Positions 55,016 to 64,000 of a DNA stretch of 64,000 nucleotides are shown piece by piece. A program made the position numbers and the translations under genes. Under the pieces are notes generated by a model. The model was given only the letters and a program-made list of their open reading frames with translations. It searched no databases and was not told the origin of the DNA. Origin of the DNA: Polyangiaceae bacterium (lineage in GTDB: Bacteria; Myxococcota_A; Polyangia; Polyangiales; Polyangiaceae). Location of the stretch: positions 111,026-175,025 of the forward strand of contig JBILLK010000022.1 of the NCBI GenBank assembly GCA_044376115.1. The letters run 5' to 3'. Each line of letters begins with the position of its first letter. The stretch's first letter is position 1.

Positions 55016-57274
55016 TCAGTTGAGCGGTACACCGGGTTCGGCCGGCGGCTCGATCAGGCCTTCAGGGATCTCGGCGTTGGGATCTTTCATCGGCGCCGAT
55101 GAACCGCGCACCGGGATCTCAGCGAGCCCTGCGGCGAGCTCCTCATCGGAGAGCCGGTGGCGCTTGTGCGAGTGCTTCATCACCGTACGCAACAGCTTCA
55201 ACCAGCCTCCTGCGACCGCACCGCCTGCGGCGAAGTGCTCCACTTTGGGGCTCGGCAGAATGGAGGCCAAGTAGAACGCCTGCGAGATCGAGAGCGCCCC
55301 CGGGCTCGTGCGAAAGAGGTGCGCAGCGCCGTTCTCGATGCCGTACACCCCCGGACCGAACTCGACCAGGTTGAGGTAGAGCTCGAGGATCTGCTCCTTG
55401 GTGAGCGCCTGCTCGAGATACATCGTCAAGAAGGCCTCTTCGATCTTGCGGCCAAGCAGCTTGTCGCGCGAGAGGTACAGGTTCTTGGCGAGCTGCATAC
55501 TGAGTGTGCTGGCCCCGCGAACGAAGCGCCATTTGCGGATATTCTCACGCACCGAATTACGAATCGCTTCGTGATCGAAGCCCTCGTGCGACATGAAGCG
55601 GCCGTCTTCGAAGCCGAGCAGGCCGGTCGAAACGTGGCGGGAGATCGACGTGTACGGCACCCAGTTGGCGGTCCCCGGCCCAGTCTCGAAGTTGGTGCGT
55701 TGCTCGCCACCAGCGGCGTAAACCCGATGCGTGAACGGCTTGCGGAAACGCGCGACGTCCACCGCGGGAGGCGCTTCGGTCACGCGGCAGGTGCTGGCGA
55801 TATCGTACGGCAGCCGGTAGCTCTTATCGAGCTGCCGGGTATCGAACTTCAGCCCGCCCTTCAGCGCGAAAGAACCAGCCAAGCGCATCCCGGCCAAGGT
55901 CGGCAGCAGGTTCTTCGGCGCGGCATCGAGCAGCGCCTGGCAGGGAACGAGCGGCACCTCGAAGGCAACGTCCACCTTCTTTGCGTCCTCGGCGTCGCGC
56001 GACGCGGTCCCGCTGAGGTTGATACGCACACTGCCGAGCTCGATCTCACCTCCCTTGACCTCGAGATGCGAACCGTCGAGCGCGACCCGCAAACTACCGC
56101 GGAACGAGCCGTTCGCGCCTTTCAGTGGCTCCTTCGCCGCCTGCGGCACCAGCCCCGAAAGGCCTTCCACCTTCGCATCCCCATTGAACGAGAACACCTC
56201 GCCTTGCGCATCGATCTCAAAACGCGCGTTGGCGCGCACAGTGGTCGAGGCTGTGTTCTCCAGCTTGAAGTTCCCGTCGTGAACGCCCAACTGCTCGAGC
56301 GTCACTGGGCCACCGTGAACGCTCACGGCCAACGGTTCGCTCAGCTTCGGTACGGGCATCGTCACGAGCAGACCGTCGGCCAAGCCTTGCGCGACGTCGG
56401 CGCGGTACTCGAGCGAGAAACGACCATCGTGGCGTTCGAGCTTCAACCGACCGGGACCAATCCCCACCGGACCGCCCGCTCGCGCGAGCTCCCCGCGCAG
56501 CCCGCCCAGCTGAATGACCGCCTCTGCTGTCGTGTGCTCCTCCAACAAAAGCGAGAAGCGATCGAGTGAACGGCGGAAGCTCGCGACCCGCGATGAGAGA
56601 CTAGGCGGCGCAGCGTTTTCAGCGCCTTTAGCCGGCGTTTCCTCGCCCCCCACTTGGCTCGCGCGGACCACCAAGCTCTCGGTGGTGAACTTCGCCACGC
56701 GCAAATCCGGCGCCCTCTCGAGTTCGAGCTTGGCGCCACCGAGGCTCACCGACTGCCCGAAGAACGCTCCCTCCCCGCTTTCGATTCCGAGCAGTAATCG
56801 CCCTTCCTCGCGTGCGACCGAGAGGCCCTTCGTTTCGACCGTCCCGTCCGGCCCTTTGTAAGACAGCGCGAGGTTCTTCAGCGAGATCGTCCGAGCTGGG
56901 CCCGTCGTACTGCCGCTCCCCGTCGGCAAGCTGCCGCGCACGCGCTCGACCTCGGCCAACACCGTCGCCGGCGACCCATCCACAGCCACCGTCCCGCCGT
57001 CGATCGCGATGTTGCGCGGCTCACTCCAGCCAACGGTCACCTCCTCGAGCCGGACCTTGATCGACGGAGCATCGGGGTGTCGCACGACCACCCCACGAAG
57101 GTGCAGGCCGTCGAACCGCGGCGCGACCGTACCGACTTCGACCTCGAGGCCGTAACGCGCAGCCGTCTCGTCAACCCGACTGCGAACCAGCGGACCAAAC
57201 GCGACAATCACCGCCAAAACCAGCACGACTGGGATGGCGCACACGAGCAGAATGCGTTTTGTCCTGCGACCCAT
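55016..57274 (-). CDS. Peptidoglycan transglycosylase (GT51) domain protein with long beta-rich N-terminal region
   Basis: EDGRFMSHEG, GASTLSMQLAKN, RKIEE and KEQILELYLN motifs; N-terminal membrane anchor; no transpeptidase domain. Confidence 0.9.
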   Translation of the reverse strand: MGRRTKRILLVCAIPVVLVLAVIVAFGPLVRSRVDETAARYGLEVEVGTVAPRFDGLHLRGVVVRHPDAPSIKVRLEEVTVGWSEPRNIAIDGGTVAVDGSPATVLAEVERVRGSLPTGSGSTTGPARTISLKNLALSYKGPDGTVETKGLSVAREEGRLLLGIESGEGAFFGQSVSLGGAKLELERAPDLRVAKFTTESLVVRASQVGGEETPAKGAENAAPPSLSSRVASFRRSLDRFSLLLEEHTTAEAVIQLGGLRGELARAGGPVGIGPGRLKLERHDGRFSLEYRADVAQGLADGLLVTMPVPKLSEPLAVSVHGGPVTLEQLGVHDGNFKLENTASTTVRANARFEIDAQGEVFSFNGDAKVEGLSGLVPQAAKEPLKGANGSFRGSLRVALDGSHLEVKGGEIELGSVRINLSGTASRDAEDAKKVDVAFEVPLVPCQALLDAAPKNLLPTLAGMRLAGSFALKGGLKFDTRQLDKSYRLPYDIASTCRVTEAPPAVDVARFRKPFTHRVYAAGGEQRTNFETGPGTANWVPYTSISRHVSTGLLGFEDGRFMSHEGFDHEAIRNSVRENIRKWRFVRGASTLSMQLAKNLYLSRDKLLGRKIEEAFLTMYLEQALTKEQILELYLNLVEFGPGVYGIENGAAHLFRTSPGALSISQAFYLASILPSPKVEHFAAGGAVAGGWLKLLRTVMKHSHKRHRLSDEELAAGLAEIPVRGSSAPMKDPNAEIPEGLIEPPAEPGVPLN

Positions 57275-57352
57275 AGGCTTCCAGCGTCAAAGCGTACCAA
57301 CGCTCCACCGCCGTGGCCCATTCTCCTGTCGAAGAACTTCGCGCCTTCGGCT

Positions 57353-58387
57353 TCAGAGCGTCAGAACAGCACTGCCCCAGGAAATACCGGCCCCGAGCGC
57401 GCACAGAAGGATGTTGTCACCGGGCTTCAGCCGGTTCGACCGCACACCTTCATCGAGCAAGATCGGAATGCTGGCGCTGGAGGTGTTGCCCACCCGATCG
57501 ATGTTCACGAGTACCTTCTCTTTGGTCAGCCCCAGCTTGGCGACAGCCAAATCGACGATCCGAAGATTCGCCTGGTGGGGGCAAATCCAATCCAGATCGG
57601 CGCCGGTCATCCCGAGATCATCCAGCGCAGCTTGGCTCGACGAGTGAAGGTTCTTCACCGCCACTTTGAACACGTCTTGACCCTTCATATGGATCTTTCC
57701 GCGGGCCTGCAAAAGCCCCTCGGGCGTCAGCGGCTCCGCGGTACCACCGCCAGGAATCACCAACGAGCTGGTGCCACCGCCATCGGTGTAGAGCTTGGTG
57801 GAAAGCACGCCGCGCTTGCGCCCGCGCGCCTCCGCGCCGTCAGCTGCGCCGAGCACCACCGCGCCTGCGCCGTCGCCGAAGATGACGCAGGTCGTGCGGT
57901 CGGACCAGTTCACCACCCGCGAGAGCATCTCCACGCCGATCACCAGCACCCGCTTGGCCGCTCCACAACGGATGAAGTTATCGGCGATCGCTAGGCCGTA
58001 AACGAAGCCCGCGCAGGCGGCGCTCAGGTCGAAGGCAGGGCATAGTTTTGCACCGAGCTTTAGCTGCACATAGGCCGCAGTGGCCGGCATCGGCACGTCA
58101 GGCGTAATCGTCCCAACCACAATCATGTCGATGTCGGTCGGCAGCAGCTCCGCTTGCTCGAGAGCCCGTTTGGCCGCCTCGGTGGCCATGTCGCTGGTGA
58201 CCATTCCGGGCGGCGCAACCCGACGTTCACGAATGCCGGTGCGCTCCATGATCCAAGCGTCCGACGTATCCACGAGCTTCTCGAGATCGGCGTTCGTCCG
58301 CACCACGTCGGGCAAAAATGAACCAGTACCGAGGATGCGTGCCGCAGGATCACGGCGAACGGTCGAGGACGGCGCGCTCATCATCAC
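57353..58387 (-). CDS. fabH: Beta-ketoacyl-ACP synthase III
   Basis: DTSDAWIMERTGI, AACAGF, FGDGAGA, PHQAN and GNTSSAS motifs. Confidence 0.96.
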   Translation of the reverse strand: MMMSAPSSTVRRDPAARILGTGSFLPDVVRTNADLEKLVDTSDAWIMERTGIRERRVAPPGMVTSDMATEAAKRALEQAELLPTDIDMIVVGTITPDVPMPATAAYVQLKLGAKLCPAFDLSAACAGFVYGLAIADNFIRCGAAKRVLVIGVEMLSRVVNWSDRTTCVIFGDGAGAVVLGAADGAEARGRKRGVLSTKLYTDGGGTSSLVIPGGGTAEPLTPEGLLQARGKIHMKGQDVFKVAVKNLHSSSQAALDDLGMTGADLDWICPHQANLRIVDLAVAKLGLTKEKVLVNIDRVGNTSSASIPILLDEGVRSNRLKPGDNILLCALGAGISWGSAVLTL

Positions 58388-58516
58388 GGTTGGTTACTCG
58401 CGAATCGCTGCGAACGCGATCGGAATGGCAGTGTGTGACCGACAAGTCAGCTTGGCCGCTTTTCTGAAACACATTGCAATCATGACCAAGAAGTCATTCG
58501 CAGCTAATCTGCGGAC

Positions 58517-60463
58517 GTGATTCGACCTCTTCGCTCCATCACGCTCGCCGTCTTGCTCTGCAGCGCCTGCGAACAAGTCAGCACCTATGAAGAGCCGCCC
58601 GCGACCGTGATTTACGGCGAGGCCACCACCTCACCGCTATTGCCGTTTCCCTCCGATCGCTACACCGTGGCCGACGCGAACACGCGCACCGGACGTCGCG
58701 TGGTGCTGAACGCTGACGCGACCGGCGACGCAATGTTCGACGACCTGCCCGGTACAGCCGCGCGGCTCTCTGAGATGGATGGCTTCTCGACCGCTGGTGG
58801 TATCGCCGTTGGCTTCTCTGCTCCTGTGGATGGGTCTGAATTTGCGCAGCCCAACGCCGAGCCACCGTTTAGTGGAATCGACCCGGCTCGCTTCACCAAC
58901 GCAACCTCGCCCATTTTGCTCGTCGTTACTGATCCGGACTCTCCGGATCTCGGCAAGGCCATCGGACTTTTGCCGCGCGTCTTCGAGCAGGCGAAAGATG
59001 AGACCTTCATCGAGGACGAGTTCACGGTGCTGGCGCGCCCGGCCGAACCGCTCGACCCAGGTACCGAATACAGCTTCGTCGTTACCAAGCGCATCAAAGA
59101 CCAACAAGGCCGTCCCTTCGCACGCAGCGATGAGACCGAACGGCTGCTCAAGGACGACCCGAGCGACTACGCCAAGCAGGTACGACGCGGCGTGGGCGTG
59201 ATCACCAGCACCTTCGGCCTCGCCGAGGAGGACATCGTCGCGGCCTCCTCCTTCACCACCGCTTCGGTCGCCAGCGATCTGATCGAGGCTGCCGCTGCCG
59301 AGCGCAGCAAACCGGCACCGCTCACGGTCGAGCCTTGGACGGTGGAGACACCGCTAAGCGCCGACGGCCGAATTCGTTTTCGCTCCACCTTCCGCAGTGA
59401 AGAGTTCCGCGACGAGAACGGCGTCTTTCGTTTTTACGAAGGGCTCCCGGTGCCGCAAAAACAGGTCGATCTCGAGGTCTTCCTCGCCATCGCCGACGCC
59501 GAGCAAGATTGGCCGCGGCCGGTGGTGATCTACCAACACGGCTTGGCCGGCGATAAAGACGGCTGTTGGGGCACCGCTCAGCGCCTCGCTGAACTCGGAG
59601 TGGCGGTGATCGCGATCGATTCGCCAGAGCATGGTTCACGCGGCAACGGCACCGGCGATGCCCTCGACAGCATCCTCGGCTTCTTCGGCGTCGACGAAGC
59701 GACGCTCGAGTTCGACGTGGGTCGCGCCCGCGACAACTTCCGTCAGATGACCCTCGATCAGCTCTCGCTCATTCGCTTCATGCAGACGCAGGCCGCGCTC
59801 GACATCCTTCCGCTCGGCGCCCCCGACGGCAAGCCCGACCTCGACGTCTCGCGTTTCCTGTACGTCGGTCACTCTTTCGGCGCGGTGCAGGGTTCGGCGA
59901 TCTTCGCCGTAGCGCCCGAGATCGAACACGCGGTGTGGAACGTCGGCGGCGACGGCATGATGTTCCTGCTCGAGGATTCACCGCTGTTCTCGCTCTTCGT
60001 CGATACCTTGCGTCCACCCGGCACCTCCGACGGCACGCTCGCGCGCTTTCTCTCTGCCACGCAGGCCATCGTCGATCCGGGGGATGGCCTCAGCTACGCG
60101 CGCTACGCGTTGCAGGCTCCGCTGCCCGGCACAGAGAGCATCAAGCCGCGCAACATCCTGCTGCAACAGGTGATCGACGACGGTATCGTCCCCAACACCA
60201 GCACCGACGCGCTCGCTCGCGCGGTAGGCCTGACCCTGCTCAACCCGGTGCGCCCGTTTCCTGGCGCCACCATCGACGAGAACACCACCAGCAGCCCGCA
60301 AGCGAACGGTAGCACCGGCATCATGACGCAGTTCGCCACGATGAACGGCGGCGAGGTCGCCACCCACGGCGAGCTCATCTTCGCGCCCGAAGCACGCGCG
60401 CAATACGTCGAGTTCTTCCGCACCGGTATCGTCAACGGCACCGCCACGGTGAAGCACCCCTGA
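58517..60463 (+). CDS. Lipoprotein alpha/beta-hydrolase (lipase-like) with N-terminal Ig-like region
   Basis: Lipobox CSAC, PFPSD, DGFST, IYQHGL, GHSFG nucleophile elbow, DGIVPN, THG. Confidence 0.82.
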   Translation: MIRPLRSITLAVLLCSACEQVSTYEEPPATVIYGEATTSPLLPFPSDRYTVADANTRTGRRVVLNADATGDAMFDDLPGTAARLSEMDGFSTAGGIAVGFSAPVDGSEFAQPNAEPPFSGIDPARFTNATSPILLVVTDPDSPDLGKAIGLLPRVFEQAKDETFIEDEFTVLARPAEPLDPGTEYSFVVTKRIKDQQGRPFARSDETERLLKDDPSDYAKQVRRGVGVITSTFGLAEEDIVAASSFTTASVASDLIEAAAAERSKPAPLTVEPWTVETPLSADGRIRFRSTFRSEEFRDENGVFRFYEGLPVPQKQVDLEVFLAIADAEQDWPRPVVIYQHGLAGDKDGCWGTAQRLAELGVAVIAIDSPEHGSRGNGTGDALDSILGFFGVDEATLEFDVGRARDNFRQMTLDQLSLIRFMQTQAALDILPLGAPDGKPDLDVSRFLYVGHSFGAVQGSAIFAVAPEIEHAVWNVGGDGMMFLLEDSPLFSLFVDTLRPPGTSDGTLARFLSATQAIVDPGDGLSYARYALQAPLPGTESIKPRNILLQQVIDDGIVPNTSTDALARAVGLTLLNPVRPFPGATIDENTTSSPQANGSTGIMTQFATMNGGEVATHGELIFAPEARAQYVEFFRTGIVNGTATVKHP

Positions 60464-60497
60464 GCGGAGGCGACCTCGCGAGCGTCGTCGAAGGCCG

Positions 60498-62489
60498 TCA
60501 GCGCTGATCGGGAAGCGCGTGCGATTCGAAGAACAGCCGCGTCAGCGCCAATAGGTTCTTCCCCTCGTCATCCAGCGAATCGGCGAGGTTCTTCGTCTCT
60601 TTCGGGTCGCTCTCGAGGTCGTAGAGCTCTTCGCGCCCCTTCTCCGAGTCGATGATCACCTTCATTTTTCCGAACACCATCGCCCGAATGCCGCGTTTCT
60701 CCGAGGCGATCGGTCGCGTCAACTGCGGGTCCTCCCCGCGTAGAAACGGCACCAAGCTCTGGCCCAAAAAGTGACCGGGCGTCGCTTGCCCGAAGAGGTC
60801 GAGGATCGTTGGCCCGAGATCGACCAACGTTACCGGCTGCGATACCCGCCGCGGTTTGATCCCCGGGCCCGAAATGAAGATGGGGACGCGGATCAGCTCC
60901 TCGTACAGATTGACCGTGTGATAGCGGGTGCCGTGCTGACCAAAGCCCTCACCGTGATCCGCCACAAAGATCAGGATCGTCCGTTCGCGCAGGCCGAGCG
61001 TTTCGATCGCTTCGAGCAGCTGCGCCATCGAGCGATCGACCTGCTGCACCTCGGCCATGAAGCGGTCCTGCGTCGAGCCGCTGTTCTTGACCGAATCGTA
61101 CGGATAGTGCGGATCCATCAGGTGCGTGAACAGGAACAGCCGACCGTCCCCGTGCGCCTTCAAACGCTCGATCACCTGAGGAATGCACTCGGTCGAAAGT
61201 CCAAAGGTCTGACCGTCTCTACGAGGAACGGCGGCACCATCCGAGAAACCGCGCGCGAGGCCCTTCGTATCGAGCGCCGTGTAGGCCGTGAAGGTCGAGG
61301 TCGTCACGTCCGCCTGGCTAAGCAGATCAGGAAAACGCACCGAGCGATCGGGCCGAATGTTGAGGTGATTGCCGTCGCCGCCCCAACGGAGCCCGGTGTA
61401 GTAGCGGCCGGTGAAAACCGATGACCAGGTGGTGATGGTGCGGGCGCCCGGACTTCGCGCCAGATCGAAGTAGACCGAGCGGTCCTTGATATCGAACAGC
61501 GTCGGCAGCTTCTTCTTGTTCTCTGGCTTGGCGTAGATATCGGCGCGCATCGAATCTACGCCGATAAGAAGGACGATCATGCCGTCATCGATCAACGGAG
61601 GACGCGAGGGCATGATGGCCGCAACACGGTCACGCGGCTCGAACCATTCGGCCAGTTCGGGAGGGACCTTGGCGTCCCCATGCGAGATGCCCCAACCAAA
61701 TCGAGCCAGCGGGGACACCAGCACCGCCCCATCGAGCCGCGAAAGCTCCTGACGCACCACGTTGCTCGGTTGAAGCACGATCGATAAGGACGTCAAAACC
61801 AGCATTGGCAACGGCGCGAACCGCAACGCCGGTCGCGCAAAGAAGGTCGGGACACGCAGCTCGACCACCGCCCCTGCCACGAGCGCGCTCGCGAGCAGCG
61901 CCGCAAAGATATGCAGCCCGCGATAGTCGGACTCGAGCATCAGGTTGTTCGCCACTTGCAGCCCGCCGCCCAACCCGAGGCCAAGTAAGCGCTGTATCCC
62001 GCGCAGCCTCGATAAGCGCCGGGTCACCCAGCGCACCACGATGAACGCCGTCAGCGGCAACGCCGAGAACACCGCGACCACCGCGAGCGCAATCGCGTCG
62101 CCGGCCTCTTGCGAAATGCGCGAAAGGGCAAAGCCAATGACGTCGGTGCGCACGAACAAGTACGAGGGTACGAGCGTCAAAAGCACGAGGCCAAACTTGC
62201 CCAGCCGCTGCGTTCGCGGGGAAGCGTTCAGCTGTTGCCACCCCAAGAGTAGCGACGCCAGTACCGCTCCAACGAATAGACAGTGGCCAGCGTCATAGAC
62301 GTGGTGCAACACTCGTCCGCCCGACGAGTTACGCGGCAGAATGGCGATAAACACCGTGTTGACGAGCGCGATTGAGCTCCAACTCCAAAGCAGCGCCGCA
62401 GGCAGCGTAAGCGTCGCCCGAGGAGCCTTGGGTTCTACGAGAGGGTCCTGGGTTGCCGGCTCCAAACTCGGTTCCGCAGCGGTCGCCAT
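60498..62489 (-). CDS. Membrane-anchored sulfatase/alkaline phosphatase superfamily protein
   Basis: N-terminal transmembrane bundle; GVDSMRAD, DPHYPY, ADHGEGF, LVDLGPTIL, ELYDL..DP.E. Confidence 0.87.
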   Translation of the reverse strand: MATAAEPSLEPATQDPLVEPKAPRATLTLPAALLWSWSSIALVNTVFIAILPRNSSGGRVLHHVYDAGHCLFVGAVLASLLLGWQQLNASPRTQRLGKFGLVLLTLVPSYLFVRTDVIGFALSRISQEAGDAIALAVVAVFSALPLTAFIVVRWVTRRLSRLRGIQRLLGLGLGGGLQVANNLMLESDYRGLHIFAALLASALVAGAVVELRVPTFFARPALRFAPLPMLVLTSLSIVLQPSNVVRQELSRLDGAVLVSPLARFGWGISHGDAKVPPELAEWFEPRDRVAAIMPSRPPLIDDGMIVLLIGVDSMRADIYAKPENKKKLPTLFDIKDRSVYFDLARSPGARTITTWSSVFTGRYYTGLRWGGDGNHLNIRPDRSVRFPDLLSQADVTTSTFTAYTALDTKGLARGFSDGAAVPRRDGQTFGLSTECIPQVIERLKAHGDGRLFLFTHLMDPHYPYDSVKNSGSTQDRFMAEVQQVDRSMAQLLEAIETLGLRERTILIFVADHGEGFGQHGTRYHTVNLYEELIRVPIFISGPGIKPRRVSQPVTLVDLGPTILDLFGQATPGHFLGQSLVPFLRGEDPQLTRPIASEKRGIRAMVFGKMKVIIDSEKGREELYDLESDPKETKNLADSLDDEGKNLLALTRLFFESHALPDQR

Positions 62490-62562
62490 CGCGCGCGACT
62501 CTAGCAGCGAGACCGGAAAAACACTTCCAGTAGCGTGAGGCTGTCGCTAGCGTTGCCCACCG

Positions 62563-63657
62563 ATGAGCGCGCAGCAGAGCACCGTGATGGGCCGTCTTCG
62601 CAGCTTCTATCAAGGCCGGCGCGTTCTCGTCACGGGGCACACAGGCTTCAAAGGGACCTGGCTCGTTCACTGGCTCAAGCAGCTGGGTGCCCACGTCAGT
62701 GGCTTCGCCCTCGAGCCGGAGACGACCCCCAACCTCTTCACGCTGACACAGGCGGAAGCCGCCTGCGAAGCGGGTAGCGTCATCGCGAATCTCGTGGACG
62801 CAGCAGCAGTGCGCGACGCGGTGGCTAGGGCTCGCCCCGAGATCGTCTTTCACCTCGGAGCGCAGGCGCTCGTACGCCGCGGCTACCAACAACCGATCGA
62901 GACCTTCGACGTGAACGTGATGGGCACAGTGCACCTGCTTGAAGCGTGCCGCAGCGTCCCCGACGTGCGCACCATCGTGGTGGTCACTACCGACAAATGC
63001 TACGAAAACCTCGAGCAAATCTGGCCCTACCGTGAGCCCGACCGACTCGGTGGGCACGACCCGTACAGCGCGAGCAAAGCCTGCGCAGAGCTCGTCGTCG
63101 CCTCCTATCGCAAAGCCTTCCTGCAACAGGCAGGCGTCGGGCTGGCCTCAGCCCGGGCGGGCAACGTCATCGGCGGCGGCGACTGGGCCGAAGACCGCCT
63201 CATTCCCGACCTCGTGCGCGGAGCGCAGCAGGACCAAACCATCACCATTCGCAGCCCCTCAGCCACTCGGCCCTGGCAGCACGTGCTCGACCCTTTGTTC
63301 GGCTACCTCCTGCTCGCCGAGAGGCTCTCCGCCTCCCCCAACGACTTCGAAGAGGCTTGGAACTTTGGCCCGCAGCCCGACCCAGTCACCGTCGGCACCG
63401 TCGCTCGTCGCTTCATCGAGCTCCTGGGACGAGGCGCAGTCGACGTGGGACCGACCGCCTCGGGCGTACACGAGGCGCAGCTACTGGCCGTTGATTCCAC
63501 CAAGGCGATACAACGACTCGGCTGGCGGCCCACCCTCCAACTCCAAGCGGCCTTAGCTTTCACCGCCGAGTGGTATCGCGCCCAAATCCTAGGCGGCACC
63601 GACCTGCGAGCATTGCTGAACGACCAGATCGCGCGCTTCGAGCAGATGGTCAGCTGA
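62563..63657 (+). CDS. rfbG: CDP-glucose 4,6-dehydratase
   Basis: VTGHTGFKGTWL, TTDKCY, DPYSASKAC, RAGNVIGGGDW, RPWQHVL, WNFGP. Confidence 0.95.
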   Translation: MSAQQSTVMGRLRSFYQGRRVLVTGHTGFKGTWLVHWLKQLGAHVSGFALEPETTPNLFTLTQAEAACEAGSVIANLVDAAAVRDAVARARPEIVFHLGAQALVRRGYQQPIETFDVNVMGTVHLLEACRSVPDVRTIVVVTTDKCYENLEQIWPYREPDRLGGHDPYSASKACAELVVASYRKAFLQQAGVGLASARAGNVIGGGDWAEDRLIPDLVRGAQQDQTITIRSPSATRPWQHVLDPLFGYLLLAERLSASPNDFEEAWNFGPQPDPVTVGTVARRFIELLGRGAVDVGPTASGVHEAQLLAVDSTKAIQRLGWRPTLQLQAALAFTAEWYRAQILGGTDLRALLNDQIARFEQMVS

Positions 63658-63688
63658 ATCAGAACGCAAGCTAATGCACGCTGTTTAG

Positions 63689-63838
63689 CGACAAAAGAAC
63701 AAAGCCACCAAACCTACGTTTGGCGGCTTTGGTGTCGACCAACGAAAACGCTTGGTAGGCCGCATATTCGTCGCCGCGGACAAACGACAAAAGGCCAAAG
63801 GCCACCAAACGTATGTTTGGCGGCCTAAGGTTATGTCG
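63689..63838 (-). terminator. Two related long hairpins downstream of the 5S rRNA (tandem terminators)
   Basis: GCCACCAAAC-N4-GTTTGGCGGC core repeated within CGACA...TGTCG at 63689-63737 and 63785-63838; T-rich tails on the minus strand. Confidence 0.6.
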
Positions 63839-63879
63839 CACCGGCCGATTAACGGCTGTGCAGACAATGGGATAAAAAA

Positions 63880-63997
63880 TCCCGGCAGCGTCCTACTCTC
63901 CCACTAAGTTTCCCTAGCAGTACCATCGGCTCCGAAGAGCTTAACTTCCGAGTTCGGAATGGGATCGGGTGTGACCTCTTCGATATCGCCACCGGAA
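63880..63997 (-). rRNA. rrf: 5S ribosomal RNA
   Basis: Reverse complement contains CACCCGATCCCATTCCGAACTCGGAAGTTAAG, GCCGATGGTACT and GGGAGAGTAGG with paired ends. Confidence 0.97.
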
Positions 63998-64000
63998 GAC

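Overview
GC-rich (roughly two-thirds GC by eye), gene-dense chromosomal segment. It has the hallmarks of a myxobacterium (Myxococcota, Polyangiales/Sorangiineae-like): many Gly-rich-linker lipoproteins, Hanks-type Ser/Thr kinases with TPR partners and Cys/Asp-rich surface proteins. The taxonomy is inference. Housekeeping content is selB, glmU, fabH, rfbG, a GcvT-family dehydrogenase, tRNA-Pro(GGG) and a 5S rRNA at the right edge. I saw no CRISPR array, transposase or prophage. Main points of interest: (1) a DUF692 (MNIO)/DUF2063 peptide-modification operon whose apparent precursor is a lipoprotein carrying two bufferin-like H-x(1-2)-C-x3-N-x-C-x-G motifs fused to a class I cytochrome c; (2) a splicease-like radical SAM/SPASM enzyme next to a membrane-tethered, stalked precursor ending in an RYG motif; (3) a kinase plus PYP-V4R fusion operon; (4) a pseudokinase with a C-terminal RelE-like domain behind an AT-rich triple-palindrome region; (5) a TssB/TssC-like fused sheath protein at the left edge that the ORF track misses; (6) an alpha-carbonic anhydrase whose third Zn ligand is Gln; (7) pervasive TAnnnT boxes 5-9 nt before start codons, suggesting leaderless transcription. 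All family calls come from motif recognition by eye, not database searches. Many starts were moved from the ORF track.
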